Origin: Eledone cirrhosa
Taxonomy: Eukaryota
Reading direction: 5' to 3'
Assembly: GCA_964016885.1 (NCBI GenBank)
Contig: OZ024745.1
Location: 50,778,001-50,842,000, forward strand
Length of the DNA stretch: 64,000 bases
The notes under the pieces are model-generated. The model did not search any database. It was not told the DNA's origin and saw nothing but the letters and a program-made list of their open reading frames with translations. Shown in pieces: positions 24,764 through 38,003 of the stretch. The position numbers were made by a program, and so were the translations under genes. How positions within the stretch are numbered: position 1 is the stretch's first letter; each line of letters opens with the position of its first letter.

Positions 24764-26283
24764 CTTATATCCTTTTTCAATATATCCAAGACTGGTGGGT
24801 GGGAAGGTAAAGGGTGTCTTAAAAATGGAGACCTACCCCTATTGCCTGGCATCCAAGGGCCAAAGTGGGGGCATTAAAACGGCCGATAAATTAAGTCTAC
24901 CACTTAAGTAGGCTCCGGTTATATTGAACGCAAACCTAAAAAAAAAAAAAAAAAAAATGGAACTAATACCACAGTGCATTTCATCCGAGAATATAAATTC
25001 CCCGAAGCAATCTTCCTGGACTGGTACATTATTTCATGGACCCCGAAAGGATGAAATACACAGTTATTTTCGACAGGATTTGAAATCATTTGAGCCGGAA
25101 CAAATATTGTAGTATTTCGTCATGCGCTGTGACGACTGCCAAACACATGGATGTACAAAACATAGGTGACGAATGAACGAAAGATGAGTGAGTTGGGGGT
25201 GTTTGAGTGCAGGTGATACAAAGCCTATCAAATCCTCGAGGCAGAGGCCAGTGTAGTAGCGTTAGAAAAAGCAGAGATGAAACATGTATATGGGACAGAA
25301 GTGAGAGTGTGTTGATGAGCGATTTTATTTTAATCAGTCGAGTAGAGGCAGTGACAAAAATGTGAACATCAGAAGCTGGAGCGTTATTTGGTGGGCTTGC
25401 CAACATCTTGAAACTATGAATCTTCAGGATAATTTATGTTTCGCATATTCATTCACACACACACGCACACACATACACACAAATACACACAAACACGCAA
25501 ACACACACACACACGCACACAAAACACATATCACCTCCCCACACGCACACATGCATTTATATAGTTATTGTGTCGCCTCAGATCTACAGGAATGCCTCAC
25601 ATGATGTCACCCCCAAGAGCCAAGCTCTTTCGGAGTGAGAACGAAACAAATGGCCCGAGATGAGTGATATCCACTCATGACACCAACTAGGCTAATTCTT
25701 TGATAAAATACGACCTGTTGTGGATAATGAATGTGCATAGAGTCCGCATGTTGTCATGCCCTCATATATACGGGAGTAGACGATAACGATATCTCTGATC
25801 ATAACAAGGGAATGACCATTAGTTATTTTTGGAGGCTTTTAACTGCAATGCAGAACAGTTCAATGTGAAATTCTGTGGAAGGGCGTGGAAAAGGGAATTA
25901 CAGTTAGCTGCACAATTTATCGTATTATCCATCTCATCAGAATGAACCTCTTTATTACACCAGCTGGGACAGAAGTCCACGGACCAATAATGACATCGAG
26001 CCCTTAACAATACTCAACTGGAGATTTCAAAAATAATTTCACTGTGACAACCAAAATAAAAAAAAATAAAATGAAAGGGTGAAAAAGAAAGAAGGATCAA
26101 ACAACAAAAGAAAGGGAGATGGGGGGTGGGGACAGACATTATATCCTCAGTCTGAGTGGTACCTCAAATGCGCTTCGCGGACGAAACAGTAAAGACGTTA
26201 CAGCAGAGAATGGCCAGAAAGATACGTTGCAACAGCCACCACACTTCACGGGGCTCCCTCCTTAAGCGAGCCGCCTTCTTTCG

Positions 26284-26386
26284 GGTTTTATGGAGGTCTC
26301 GATGGTGGTTTTATGGAGGGCTCGATGGTGGTTTTATGGAGGGCTCGATGGTGGTTTTATGGAGGTCTCGATGGTGGTTTTATGGT
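26284..26386. repeat. 23-bp minisatellite, about 4.5 units
   Basis: Unit ggttttatggagg(t/g)ctcgatggt. Confidence 0.9.
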
Positions 26387-27028
26387 GGTAAAGCTCCGGT
26401 AGCGCTAAATATAAAATTAATAAAAATTAATATAATAGCCCCCAATAAAGAACCATAACTATAGATACTATCGTACTAAACTATACTAGTTAAATTATTC
26501 ACTGTGTAGTAGTACTGTTTTCTATTCCTTTCCGACCTCGGAATAGAAAGATAGATGTCAAAAGAGGTGTCATCACCTAAAGACTTCTCGTGAGAAACGA
26601 CACGACCGAACATCAGTCAACGGGCAACCAACAAGAACAGCAACAAAAACGATAACGAAAACAACAACAACAACAACAATGAACTAATTCTAAGTTTGTG
26701 GGAAAAGTAAAAAAAGACAAAACAAAAAATAAACCAAACTATATTTGATGTCGGAAGTCGGTGAAGCGATATCACGTTCATTTAGCAATTCAATTCTCTC
26801 CGAAACTATTAAAGGTGTGTGTGTGTGCATGTGTGTGTGTGTGTGTGTGTAAATGGGTGTGTGTGTCTGTGAATGTAAGTATGTATGTGAGTATGTGTGT
26901 GTGTATGTGTGCGCGTGCGTACGTATGTGAGAATAGTGATATTTCCATTTCCCAAAAGCTCACCCACTGCTAGGCGAGTGGGATTAATTACTTTGTTTCA
27001 GGCTTCTGAGAAATCGAACTGTGGCAAA

Positions 27029-27127
<99 letters not shown>

Positions 27128-27290
27128 TAGCTCTGGTACCCGTCTTTTGGACGGTTCAAGCAGCTTTCGATGTAGCTCCTTAAACTAAACAAAGGAAATT
27201 TGAATTCATAGAAGTAAAACGTACTTTATGTAAACATGGAAACCCGAGGCACTATTCCAGCGAAATAATTAATATGCGAGCTCAGTGTCA
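27128..27290 (-). mobile_element. Helitron 3' end fragment
   Basis: Reverse complement of 7663-7825, including hairpin and CTAG. Confidence 0.75.
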
Positions 27291-27642
27291 CACACACACA
27301 CACATATATATATTTATATATATCCAAATAGCCGTGTTAGTTGATTATGTTCATCTTATTCACCTCAATCAACAAAATATCGTGTAACCCTGCTTATGTA
27401 CTCCACGTCTGCTGTGTTCCGAGTCCATTGGTTATAACATAGACACTATCCAATGGTGTATTTTTATGTTATTAAATACAAAGAGACGATTCTATATTTC
27501 CATACTTCAATGTATTATATATGATATATGTATATAGTAATAATAATTGTGAAGACTAAAATCGGAAGAGAGCTCGTTTCAGAAGATCCCGTAAATGGGT
27601 GAAAGCAGCGATTCTTTGCTTAAACTTTAATCTGTACGAATA

Positions 27643-27702
<60 letters not shown>

Positions 27703-27705
<3 letters not shown>

Positions 27706-27971
27706 CAAAGGGATATTTAATTTGTTGGTAATTCAACAAATATATATATTTATAACAGATTCGAAGCACTCGACAAGTTTTCTGGAGTACAATATCAATG
27801 ATATTAATAAATGGAAACTATATTTATAAAACCATATTTATTCTATTATATATATTTCAAGGGTACCAAAACTTTGGTACGCCCTCATCAGATAAAATGC
27901 AGAGCTTGTTTTATAAATATTGACATATCCAGGAATGAGACCTTAACGTTAACCATTAAGGTCTCATTCCT
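27703..27971 (-). mobile_element. Short HHR-bearing PLE-type element at (TA)n with 5' hairpin
   Basis: Homologous to 50261-50575; hairpin aggaatgagaccttaa-9nt-ttaaggtctcattcct at 27931-27971. Confidence 0.75.
27840..27898 (-). ncRNA. Minimal type I hammerhead ribozyme, intact core
   Basis: attttat CTGATGA gggc gtaccaaa gt tttggtac cctt GAAA tatata TA atagaat. Confidence 0.85.
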
Positions 27972-29493
27972 ATTTGTATTATATATATATAGTGTGAGTG
28001 TGTGTTTACTTCCTCACTCTCATTTCTTCGTGCCTCTTCCCCCTCGTTTCTTACTATAAGATAAATTCAGTGTTATTACTACTAATATGTGATTGTTATT
28101 TCTAGTGAGTTAAGTGACCACGAATGGTTTCGTTGGCTCGAAATTGGGGACCTAGCCGGATCAATTTGAGACGTTTGTTTCTGTAAGGATTCGCTTGAAG
28201 GAGTGTCTGAGGACGGACTCTGCTTCCACGACTCTCTCAGTAATAAGTGGGAGAAGAAGAAGATCGTGAACTGGGTACCTGCCATAGACACTATATCTGT
28301 TGTGCTTTGTTAGGTGTCCTTTAAAGCAATTATTTACTATTTTTCATTTTACACACAAGCTGAATAAGTTAGCTATTTTAGCTATCTTTCCTGGCCATAT
28401 ATGACATTTTATCAGGAATAATTTTTTTATAGTGTTTCAATATGTTGGTTTTATACTAATAAGGAGGTAAATGTTGAAGCCGCAAACACTTACATGTTTA
28501 AATATAAATATGTTTACTAAATGTATAAGTTTCAGAAAGCCGGTACTATACTTCATATTAACTATTCTATTATGTGTACATTTTTCATTTCGATGAGAAC
28601 ATTTTCAACGCCTAATCCAGACAAGTAATAGCGCTTTGAATACTATTTGATATAATTAGCATCATAATACAATTATTTACAGAATTCTTTCTAGTGCATT
28701 TCCAATAACATTTTCCCGTGTGTACGCAAAGACAGAGTTGAACTACGTACCTACCTTGGTTGGAAATGATCAAATCTTTTCAGACTTTAGGATCATACCA
28801 GGAAAAGCTTTATGGATCTTTCTTCTATTAAAATCTTGTTTTATTCCAGGTTTATTTTCTGTTGTATTGATGTCTATCTAGTTTCTGAGTATAATATTTT
28901 TTATCGGTTTCTGTTAATTTTATTAAATGTTCAGCTCAGGAATGACAGATGATGTCTTAATAATCTTAGAGGGTTTAGATCTATTCATAGAACATACAAT
29001 TAGCTCTTTTGTTATCGCCTTTGTCTAGTGTGGTATTTGGAGCTGCCTTAAATGCAGGGAGAAATATTTTGAGGAATTTACAATGTGTTATGTTGGTGTC
29101 AAGCTGTTATATAAGTTAAAGACAAACGTTTATATTAATTAGAATTGTGATTGTTCGGGTTGTTAAATCTATTTTCGCAATGCATAGATGTCAAAATGTT
29201 TTAAAATTTATGTTGACGTTTTAAGTAATTTGATAAAATTAAATCTAGAATAGAAGCAGGGGTGAGAAGACAAACATTCCTTAGTTCTTTAGCTTGTTTT
29301 AGCTATTACAGCTAAGGTCATATTGGAGCATCACTCTCAAGAGATAAACATGAGAAATGAATACATGAATAGTGGAGAAAATATGAAGTATTGAACGCGT
29401 TACAATTAAAAAAAAAATACTTTATAGGCTCTTTTTATTTTGTCATTGTTGTCTAGACAAGGTTTTCCACGATCGAGCAAACCTATATCATGC

Positions 29494-29533
<40 letters not shown>

Positions 29534-29617
29534 GACAAAATTATCGAATGAGTCAATTTTTAAGATAGTGGGTGATGATTTAAGAGAAATGTAGCCGACT
29601 TTTCTAGCATTATAAGA

Positions 29618-29840
29618 GGGCGGTGGATTGGCAGTATCGGTAGAGTGTCGGACACCCTGCTTCGTGATATAGAGTTACGGCGCTTTGCGTTCTGAGTTCA
29701 AATCCCGCCGAGGTTAGCTTTACCTTTACCTTTTTTCCTTACAGAGTCGATAAAATAAAGTACCAGTCATGCACTGGAATCGATTTAATCGACTTTCCCC
29801 TCCCCGAAAATTGCTGGCCTTGTGCCTAAATAAGAACCCA
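29618..29840 (+). mobile_element. Meta-domain SINE with TSD cattataagag
   Basis: Full head, domain and tail; TSD at 29608 and 29839. Confidence 0.9.
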
Positions 29841-30169
29841 TTATAAGAGTTTATTTAACCCTCCCCGTAGTTTTATTTATTTCATCGATCATCAGAATAT
29901 ATATGGTAACAGTGGCAGAGAGAGAGAGAGAGAGAGAGAGAGACAAACGTCGTCTATCTTTCGAAGCCACGTAATGAAATAAAGAGTAAGAGTGGTCTGA
30001 AATTACGGAGTAGCAGCTAGGCTTGCGGAAGTAATGGAATAGGGAAGAACCGGAAGAAATAAACAAGGAAAGAGAGTGAAAAGAGGGGGCGGGGGTGACA
30101 CAGAAAAAGAGCATCGTTACTCTGGTAATTAAATAGTTAATTAATAAAAGGCGTGCGTAGCGTTTCAAT

Positions 30170-30357
30170 AATAATTATTTCTACTTTTGGCACAAGGCCA
30201 ACAAATATCCCAGTGCATTACTGGTACTTTATTTTATCGACCTCGTAAGGATGAAAGGTAAAGTTAACCTCGGCGGGATTTGAAATCAGACCATAAAGGG
30301 CCGTAACTCTTTACTGCAAAGCATGGCGTCCGACCCTCTACCGATACTGCCAATCCA
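30170..30357 (-). mobile_element. Meta-domain SINE
   Basis: Family sequence. Confidence 0.85.
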
Positions 30358-30964
30358 AATAATGTATCCTGCTCTGTTCGCAGCTATTAGAATTATTATT
30401 ATTGTTATTTTTTTATGTACTCGCTTTGCTGTCTTAGTTGAAAGAAACTCAGTTGTGTACCCCTGTCTCTATGTTGTTGTATTATCTTATATGCATTTTT
30501 CCGGCGGCTTGTTCAGGCTATCCTAAATCTGGGCTCAATATGATGTAATTCAAACCGTTATTAATGCTGACGAAGAAGATAGTTGCTTTTGTTTGTTAGT
30601 CCTACGTGTTTAGTTCATTCTGTCTGCAACTTTGCTATTAATTATTTTTGTCTGCAACTTTTGTTTTTAATTCCTACTGTAGCGTTAACACCCCTACTTT
30701 GATTACTGTTGGTGTGTATGTTTGTTTGGCACTATGTGTGTATCTCTCCACTATATATATTATCTATTTTGTTTGTTGTTGTTTTTTAATGAAATAAAAT
30801 TTGATATACGAAAAACTGTTCCAATATCTTGTGAGAGGAGGGAAGGAGATGAAGAAAGGAAAAGGAAATGCATAGCGATAGTAAGAACGTTGCCCTTGAC
30901 AAGTGCACCGAGGCAGGACGTCTAAGGAAGACAGTGAGCAAGAGGGGGTAGATATGAAAAGGAA

Positions 30965-31015
<51 letters not shown>

Positions 31016-31140
31016 AAGCAAATGATAGATGAAATTGAATGAATAATGGGAAGAGAAGTAAAAGTTTGAAGTGAGGTGGTACGGGTGCAACAAAAGTTAC
31101 ATAAAAATGAGAGCGGGGGAAGAGAAACGGTCATACACGA

Positions 31141-31188
<48 letters not shown>

Positions 31189-31479
31189 AATTTGAAATGT
31201 AGTTGTCCCAACGCAAATGACTGTAATAGAAGTCGATCACTAAAAATAATAGTTAAGAAAATTGGTTAAACTTTATCCCCGGAGACAGAAAACTGTACAG
31301 TGGTACCTGCCAAGAATTGAACCTCATACATCTCGGATCCCATGTAAGTACGTTAAACATTACTCCAGAAGATTCTATACCACAGATTAACGTAATTTAG
31401 GAAATGTTTGGGAAAAATTTGAAATATTAAATGTGGTCACTCCAAGTTAAAGAAATATAATAGTCGATCGTTCCAAATA

Positions 31480-31663
31480 ATAACTTCTAGTATAGGCACA
31501 AGACCAGTAATTTGGTGGTACGTTACTGGTGCTTTATTTTATCGACCCCGTAAGGATGAAAGGCTAAGTTAACCTCGACGGGATTTGAACTCAGACCGTA
31601 AAGAGTCGTAACTCTATGCTGCAAAGCATGGTGTCCAACTCTCTATCTATATTGCCAATCCAC
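31480..31663 (-). mobile_element. Meta-domain SINE
   Basis: Family sequence. Confidence 0.85.
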
Positions 31664-31723
31664 AGTAAAAGTAATGATGAATGCAATTGCTCGATACACC
31701 CTATGACGAAAGACAAGTTGTTA

Positions 31724-32209
31724 CGAGGGTCGGCTAGAAAGTACATAGGCTGACCAAAATACTCTCATGGAATGTGACCAAATGAGATTTATTTTTCAAT
31801 GTATGAAAAGTTCATAGGCTGATTATGAGTGATGCTAGAGCTGTGAAATTTTGCATGCATTAATTTCTACTCTTCTAAATAGCACCTGTGTTGTTTTTTT
31901 TCATATAAACTGACATCTGATTGTTCAAAGAAGACTTCAAAGTAACTAGCAGTGACTTCCATTGAAAATGCACAAAATTTGGCATCGCTTAAGTACCAGC
32001 AGAAAAAAGGGTTTAGCCCCCCAAGGAGATTTTTGCTGACATGGTTGCTATATTAGGAGATGACGCTCCAGATTTATCAACAGTGCACAGCTGAATTTAG
32101 GAGGAGAAGGGAGATTTTTGAGGATGACACAAGGTCTTAACGTCCTGCAACTGCCACCACCGAGGAAAACATTGATCGTGTTCACCACATGGTGATAGAT
32201 GACAGGCGA
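31724..32209 (+). mobile_element. Mariner transposon 5' fragment with decayed transposase N-terminus
   Basis: TA|cgagggtc TIR; KKG..PKEI.ADMV..LGDDAP, EFRR..EDD.RS.RPATATTEENIDRVHHMV.DDRR. Confidence 0.85.
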
Positions 32210-32604
32210 AAGTGACCCCCTTAACTACACACGTAAGTGTAATATAGTTGTTCTATATAACTGTACCAGCGAATTAGAACATCAGACAAGTTTAAATCAA
32301 TTAAACCAGATTTGACTGGTAACGTCCTGTGGCATATAAAATTGCAGTAGCAAGATATTTTTGAAAAGTTAAAAAATAAATGAATAAATAAAATAAAAAA
32401 AAATAAAAGTATCAAACGAAAAAGAAAATGATTAAATACTGCAATTTTTCACAACAATCTATCTACTAGCAAATCAACTATAAACATTTGAATTAATAAA
32501 CTCATTTTAAATAAGTTCTGTTAAATTATTACAAGATGTTAAAATCAATAAACAACCATTCATATGCAACATTATTTTTAGCAAAATTTATTTTTAGCAA
32601 AATA

Positions 32605-32798
32605 AGGGCGGTGAATTGGCAGTATCGGTATAGGATCGGACGCCATGCTTTGACGCATAGTTACGGCCCTTGCCATTCTGAGTTCAAATCCCGTCGAGGT
32701 TAACTTTGCCTTTCATCCTAACGGGAGTCGATAAAATAAAGTACCAGTAATACACTGGGATAATTGCTGGCTTTGTGCCTATTGTAGAAACAATTATT
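32605..32798 (+). mobile_element. Meta-domain SINE
   Basis: Family sequence; TSD attatttttagcaaaat. Confidence 0.9.
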
Positions 32799-32871
32799 TT
32801 TAGCAAAATTTATTTGTCATATTAAAAATTAAGTCTTTACTCTAAAACTGCAAATTTTCACAATGTAAAGA

Positions 32872-33066
32872 CAGACCTGTCAACTCTTCCCGTCTGATGG
32901 GGGAATCTCCCACCCACTTTGGGGTGGGTGAGAGATGTCTTCTTTTGTGAAAATGGGTATAGCTTTCTTCATGTAAAATCTCTTAATTTTGCCTCATTTC
33001 TTCTCGCTTTGGAGCACTTTCTTTCATGATACTCCCCATTTGGATTTTTAGAGGTTGGCAGGTCTG
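32872..33066. mobile_element. MITE (hAT-like TIR)
   Basis: TIRs cagacctgtcaac / gttggcaggtctg. Confidence 0.65.
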
Positions 33067-33574
33067 TTTTTAAAGATGTTACAAACATTTGAATTGACAA
33101 CCACTTTTTTTGACATTTTCACCGAAATCATTACAGGATGTGAACAGTTAAGAACTTTAAACGATGAAAACGAATACTTCACATTTAGTTTTTAAGCACT
33201 GTCACTATTGACACTACAACTCAACACATTTTACGTGCGTGTGTGTATGTATGAGTGTCCGACGTTGTTGCTAGTGAATTATGATTGGTGATGATATTCA
33301 ATAAAATACAATAAAACAAACTGGTAAGCAAAAAATATATTTTGATTGAAATAAATAAATTGCTGGTTAAAAGTTACGCTAAACTAATGTCAGCGGCATG
33401 CTCAATTAGCAATATTAAGCTTCTGCTACTACTACGACTATTAAGGTAATATATATAGAGGATGAATATTTATGGAGAATATAAAAGTATATTAGAAAAT
33501 GTAGAATAAATTTAATGTAAGTTTATCTACGTTTTCTAAGCATCACTGTGAAAATCTAAACAAATGTAATAAAA

Positions 33575-33765
33575 ATAATTGTTTCTACTTTAGGCACAAG
33601 GCCAGCAATTATCCAGTACATTACTGGTACTTTATTTTATCGACCCCGTAAGGATGAAAGGCAAAGTTAACCTCGGCGGGATTTGAACTCAGACTGTAAA
33701 GGGACGTAACTATGCTAGAAAGCCTGGCGTCCAACCCTCTACTGATACTGCCAATTCACCGCCCT
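33575..33765 (-). mobile_element. Meta-domain SINE
   Basis: Family sequence; TSD tgtaataaaaataat. Confidence 0.9.
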
Positions 33766-35391
33766 TGTAATAAAAATAATGCTATTCTTTTCGTAAACAG
33801 AAACAGATATTTTGCTTTTACGGTTAGTTGGCCGATTATCAGAAGACAAACACCTTTATCTTTCAGTCTATGGAGAGAATTGATTGTGAAACGTTATATA
33901 TATATCACTCGCAGTTCAGAACAAGACTGAAACGATCATTTTAATTTGCGTAATGAGAGACGTACTTAATTAAATAATAAATATTTATACATAATACATA
34001 GATTTCGCAATCATATGCTTTCATGTTCAGCCCCAATGCATGTCATCTTGTCTTCTGCAATAGCTTCTGGCTAACCAGTACTTTATGAATGTATATATAT
34101 ACTTAAGTCAGCATTGATCGAATAGACCAAAGGAATTCCAACTGTGACATCACGTCCTTTATCTAATGTGTCCTTTATGTATGACGGTACAATGTAAGGA
34201 TAGTTGGCTTCGATATCTAATGTACCGTGCGACCACATAAAACATGGATTTCTGAGGTGAACTGCAAGAAATTGAGAAACTGTGACAACACAACTGTGTG
34301 AGATGAAGAATATAATATATTACTATTTGGTTAGAGGGTTAATGTTCCTCAACATTCGCCCACTAAACAAATGTACCTATGTCATGTGAAACAGACGAGA
34401 GACTGACTTACTCAAGGATCGATCACCAGTCAATCATACTTCATGCTCTCAACCAAAGTACCACTTGTCAGTTTTGCAGTGGAGTTGCTACTTATAACAA
34501 CAGACTATACGCCCTCGCACTTTGAAGTATCTACTTAGATTTAGGTGGACTTGCTCGTTGAGTGTTAAGTGTCTCAGTCGCAGACATGACATAGTGTGTC
34601 GATGACAGGATATGCTGCACTGACTTCTCGGTTGGTTGTGGTCGTTGTTCTTATTGTTTTGCTCCAGTTCTATCTAAACTGGTCTATCCCAAATAGAGCA
34701 AACATGTGATAAACACGCGATCCAGGTTGTTGAACGATCTAAATTTGGCATAGGAAAAATAAAAACCTATGGGTCATATACGAAATGATGGCCAATTGAA
34801 TGGTGTAATTATGAAATGTAGAAATCAGGGAGGTAATTTCAAAATGCAACATCCACGAAAATAAATGAATTTATTTTTCTCTTTTTTACTTTTTATTTTC
34901 AAGAAATTTCTAAATTTCATATCTTTTTAACACTAAGTGTTTTTATATTGAGTGGTGAGAAGGATACAATATTTTGACGTGTCGTAGTTGGACAGTAAAA
35001 AAAAAGCAAAAAAAAAGCTCAACAACCAGTTTCACTATAACGTTTATAATCACTTCAGCATATCCAACACTACAAGTTCATAACGACATTCATATTTTTT
35101 CCTCACTACCTGGCTGCAACTGTATCTACACATCACGATATTGTAAAACCATCTAATCCAAACAACTACTGCTTCACCTAATTCATCATGTGACATTAGC
35201 TAGTTCTCTCTTGTTTATTTATCCCCTCCCCCACATTTTTGCTCTTTAGCCCTTCAACAGTAGTTTATTTAACCCCGCCTCTCTCACTGTACCCCCTCCC
35301 CATTATATATTCACTCAAACACTCAATCTATCTATCTATCTATCTACTTTCCTATCTACCCTTCTGCCTATATGCTGATCTATCTATCTAT

Positions 35392-38003
35392 GACAGATGG
35401 TGGTACTCTCTCAAGAGGGCAGTTAGATTAGACTCGTTAGTTTTTAGTAAAGAATTAGCGTTAGATAGAAATAGAACCGAGAAAGAACTGGTAGATAAAG
35501 TAGAAGTGGCAACGTAGCCAGCGTGCTAGCAACGAGAACGGCCTTGGACCAGTTCTTCGACGCAAAGCATGAGGGTTGCGTTGTCAGAAGCAAAATACGT
35601 GCTCTGGGAAACGAGAGAGCCAAAGCTGTTAGCTGGGCCCGAGTGACGGAGGCAAAAAGTGGCAACAAGTCCACGATTCGGTCTTTGAAGGACCAAAACG
35701 GACGCGTGATACGTGAGCCGAAGCAGATGTGTGCGGCCTTTCAGCGGCACTTTGCTCAGCTGTTCGGACGTGGTGGCGCGCCGGGAAAGGTAAAGGATTT
35801 CGGTCCATACCTCGACAGCCTACCGCGTCTCTCGGACAGCGAGGCAAAGTTCTGCGAAAAGCCGATTTCATCCGCTGAGATAGGGGCCGCGTTGAGCCAC
35901 TGCGGCAAACGCAAATCTCCAGGTCTCGACGGTCTACCCTACGAATTTTACGTAGCAATGCCGGACTTATTCTCCGGTCTCCTGGAAGCAGTCTACTGCA
36001 ACTGGCAACAGAATGGGAGAATTCCCAGTTCTGTGACCGGGGGCGTTGTCACACTAGTCAGGAAGGACGAGAATAAAGGGGATGACATGGGCAACTTCCG
36101 GCCCATAACTCTGCTAAACATAGAGTTACAGATTTTGGCCAAGGTGTTGGCAAAGAGGCTGGCGCTTGTCGTCGAGAACCTGGTGGGAGAAGCGCAGACA
36201 TCTGCAATTCCGACCAGGTCCATACACGACAACCTCCACCTCATGCGATACATCATAGACAGGGTAGGGTGTAAATCCGGCTTCGGTGGGGCCCTGATCA
36301 ACTTGGATGAGTCTAAGACTTTCGATAGGGTTGACCATCGTTACCTGGATGCGGTGCTCGAGGCGGAAGGCTTCGGACCCGTGTTCAGGGGCTGGATTGC
36401 TGCAATGCATAACAGCAACATCTGCTCAAGGGTTAAGGTGAACGGCTACCTCTCGGAGCCGTTCCATATCACGCGATCCATTCGACAGGGATGCCCTCTC
36501 TCCTCCCTTCTGTACGTATTGACTCTCGGGCCACTACTGCGGAAGTTGGAGCTATTGCAGGGCATCCCTCTGGAACCGGGACTGCGGAAAGCGGCCTCGG
36601 CCTACGCCGACGACGTGACAGTAATGGTGTCAAGCGCCTCGCAAATCGAGGAAGTCGGCACCTTACTGAAGGAATACGAAAGGTTCACAGGAGCGAAGCT
36701 GAACCGGGAGAAGTCCATCGGTTTGCAACTCGGATCGTGGAGAGGCAAACCGATGCCTTCCGATGGCGTCGTCGGACGCTGGACGGAAGGACCAGTAAAG
36801 CTGCTCGGGGTCTGGTTTGGAAGAGGCGGGCTCCTTTGGTGAGAAGATCCATCTGCTGCCAACGCCCTTCCAACGGAGGGCTGGGGTTGTCGTGGCTGCC
36901 GATGAGCAAATACGCGCTCAAGCTGCGGCATCTCTACGTATTCCTCACCGGACAACCGGTGTGGGCCCCGTTCGTGAGGCGAGCCTTCCCACGACTCGTC
37001 TCGCTGACCGAGCTGCAGTCCTGGGTCAAGCAAAGACCGAGGAAAATGGGCGACTGGCACATCGAATGTGCTCAGGCGCTCACAGCCCTCTGGCAGGCGG
37101 ACCCGGCGATCAGTGTAGACTCCACTTCGTCATTCTATAGAGGGTTGATCCGCAGCAAGTGCGACGACGTGCTCGGTGAAACTCTGGGCGTAGAGGAAGA
37201 CGAACTGGCCAGTCTGTTCGGTAGGACCTTCCGCCTGGGACCGATGGACAACTTCCAAAAGTCCCTGGCCTGGCAGTGCTACCGAGGAGCTCTACCAGTT
37301 CGAGACAAGCTCTACAGACATGGGCGCCCGGGCAGGGACCTTGTAAAAAAGATTTGTCCGAGGTGCGTGCGAGACGAAGAAACCGTCGCGCACGCATTCA
37401 TACACTGCCCGGGCGTCACCGACCTGTGGGGCTATGTAGGTCTATTGTCGCGGGTGGGACCAATCCGGTTGACCACCGAGTCCATTGTCATGAAAAACCG
37501 CCACCTTCCTTCAAAAACGAAGGAGAGGCGGTTTTCCTTTGTGTGATAGCTATGGCGAAGAGGTTGTATGGTGGACAAGGTTGAAAGGGCTGAGGTCAGA
37601 CACCTTTCTCTCCGGCCAACAACTGATTCTTTTTTTCAAATACCACTTTGGAAGAAGAGTCAGGATGGAGAGAGAGGTGCTGTACCCCAGCAAGTTTTAT
37701 GAAAGGTGGGTGAAAGTGGCGAGAATGGCCCGAGTGAATGGGCCTTCTCTCTATAACAGCCTGTAGGCTGAGGAAAAAGAGGAGGAGAGGAAAGGGGTAC
37801 AAACTCTTCGTACTTATGGAGATGAGGGTTGCACATTTTTTTCGGGGGCATGTGTTACCCATATGAAATGTCTCCCCCTATTGGGGAAAATCGACTAATT
37901 TTTAAATTACATTTGTGATAATATTTTACACGTTTTTATTGTATGTAAACTTCCCCCTTTGTATTTGTCCCCTTCTTTTGTGCCCCTGTGGCTAATAAAG
38001 AAA
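35392..38003 (+). mobile_element. L1/Tx1-type LINE, 5'-truncated, inserted in (CTAT)n
   Basis: KSPGLDG, FRPITLLN, KTFDRV, RQGCPLS, YADD, CPRC..ETVAH..C; AATAAA at 3' end; (TATC)n on both flanks. Confidence 0.92.
35523..37766 (+). pseudogene. LINE ORF2 (RT and C-terminal zinc knuckle), disrupted
   Basis: ORFs 35523..36842, 36491..37546, 37276..37584 and 37539..37766 joined by frameshifts and an internal deletion near 36820. Confidence 0.9.

Noticed and set aside
28560-29260. Very old PLE RT remnant on the minus strand
   Set aside because: Only vague motif resemblance amid many stops; not supportable by eye.
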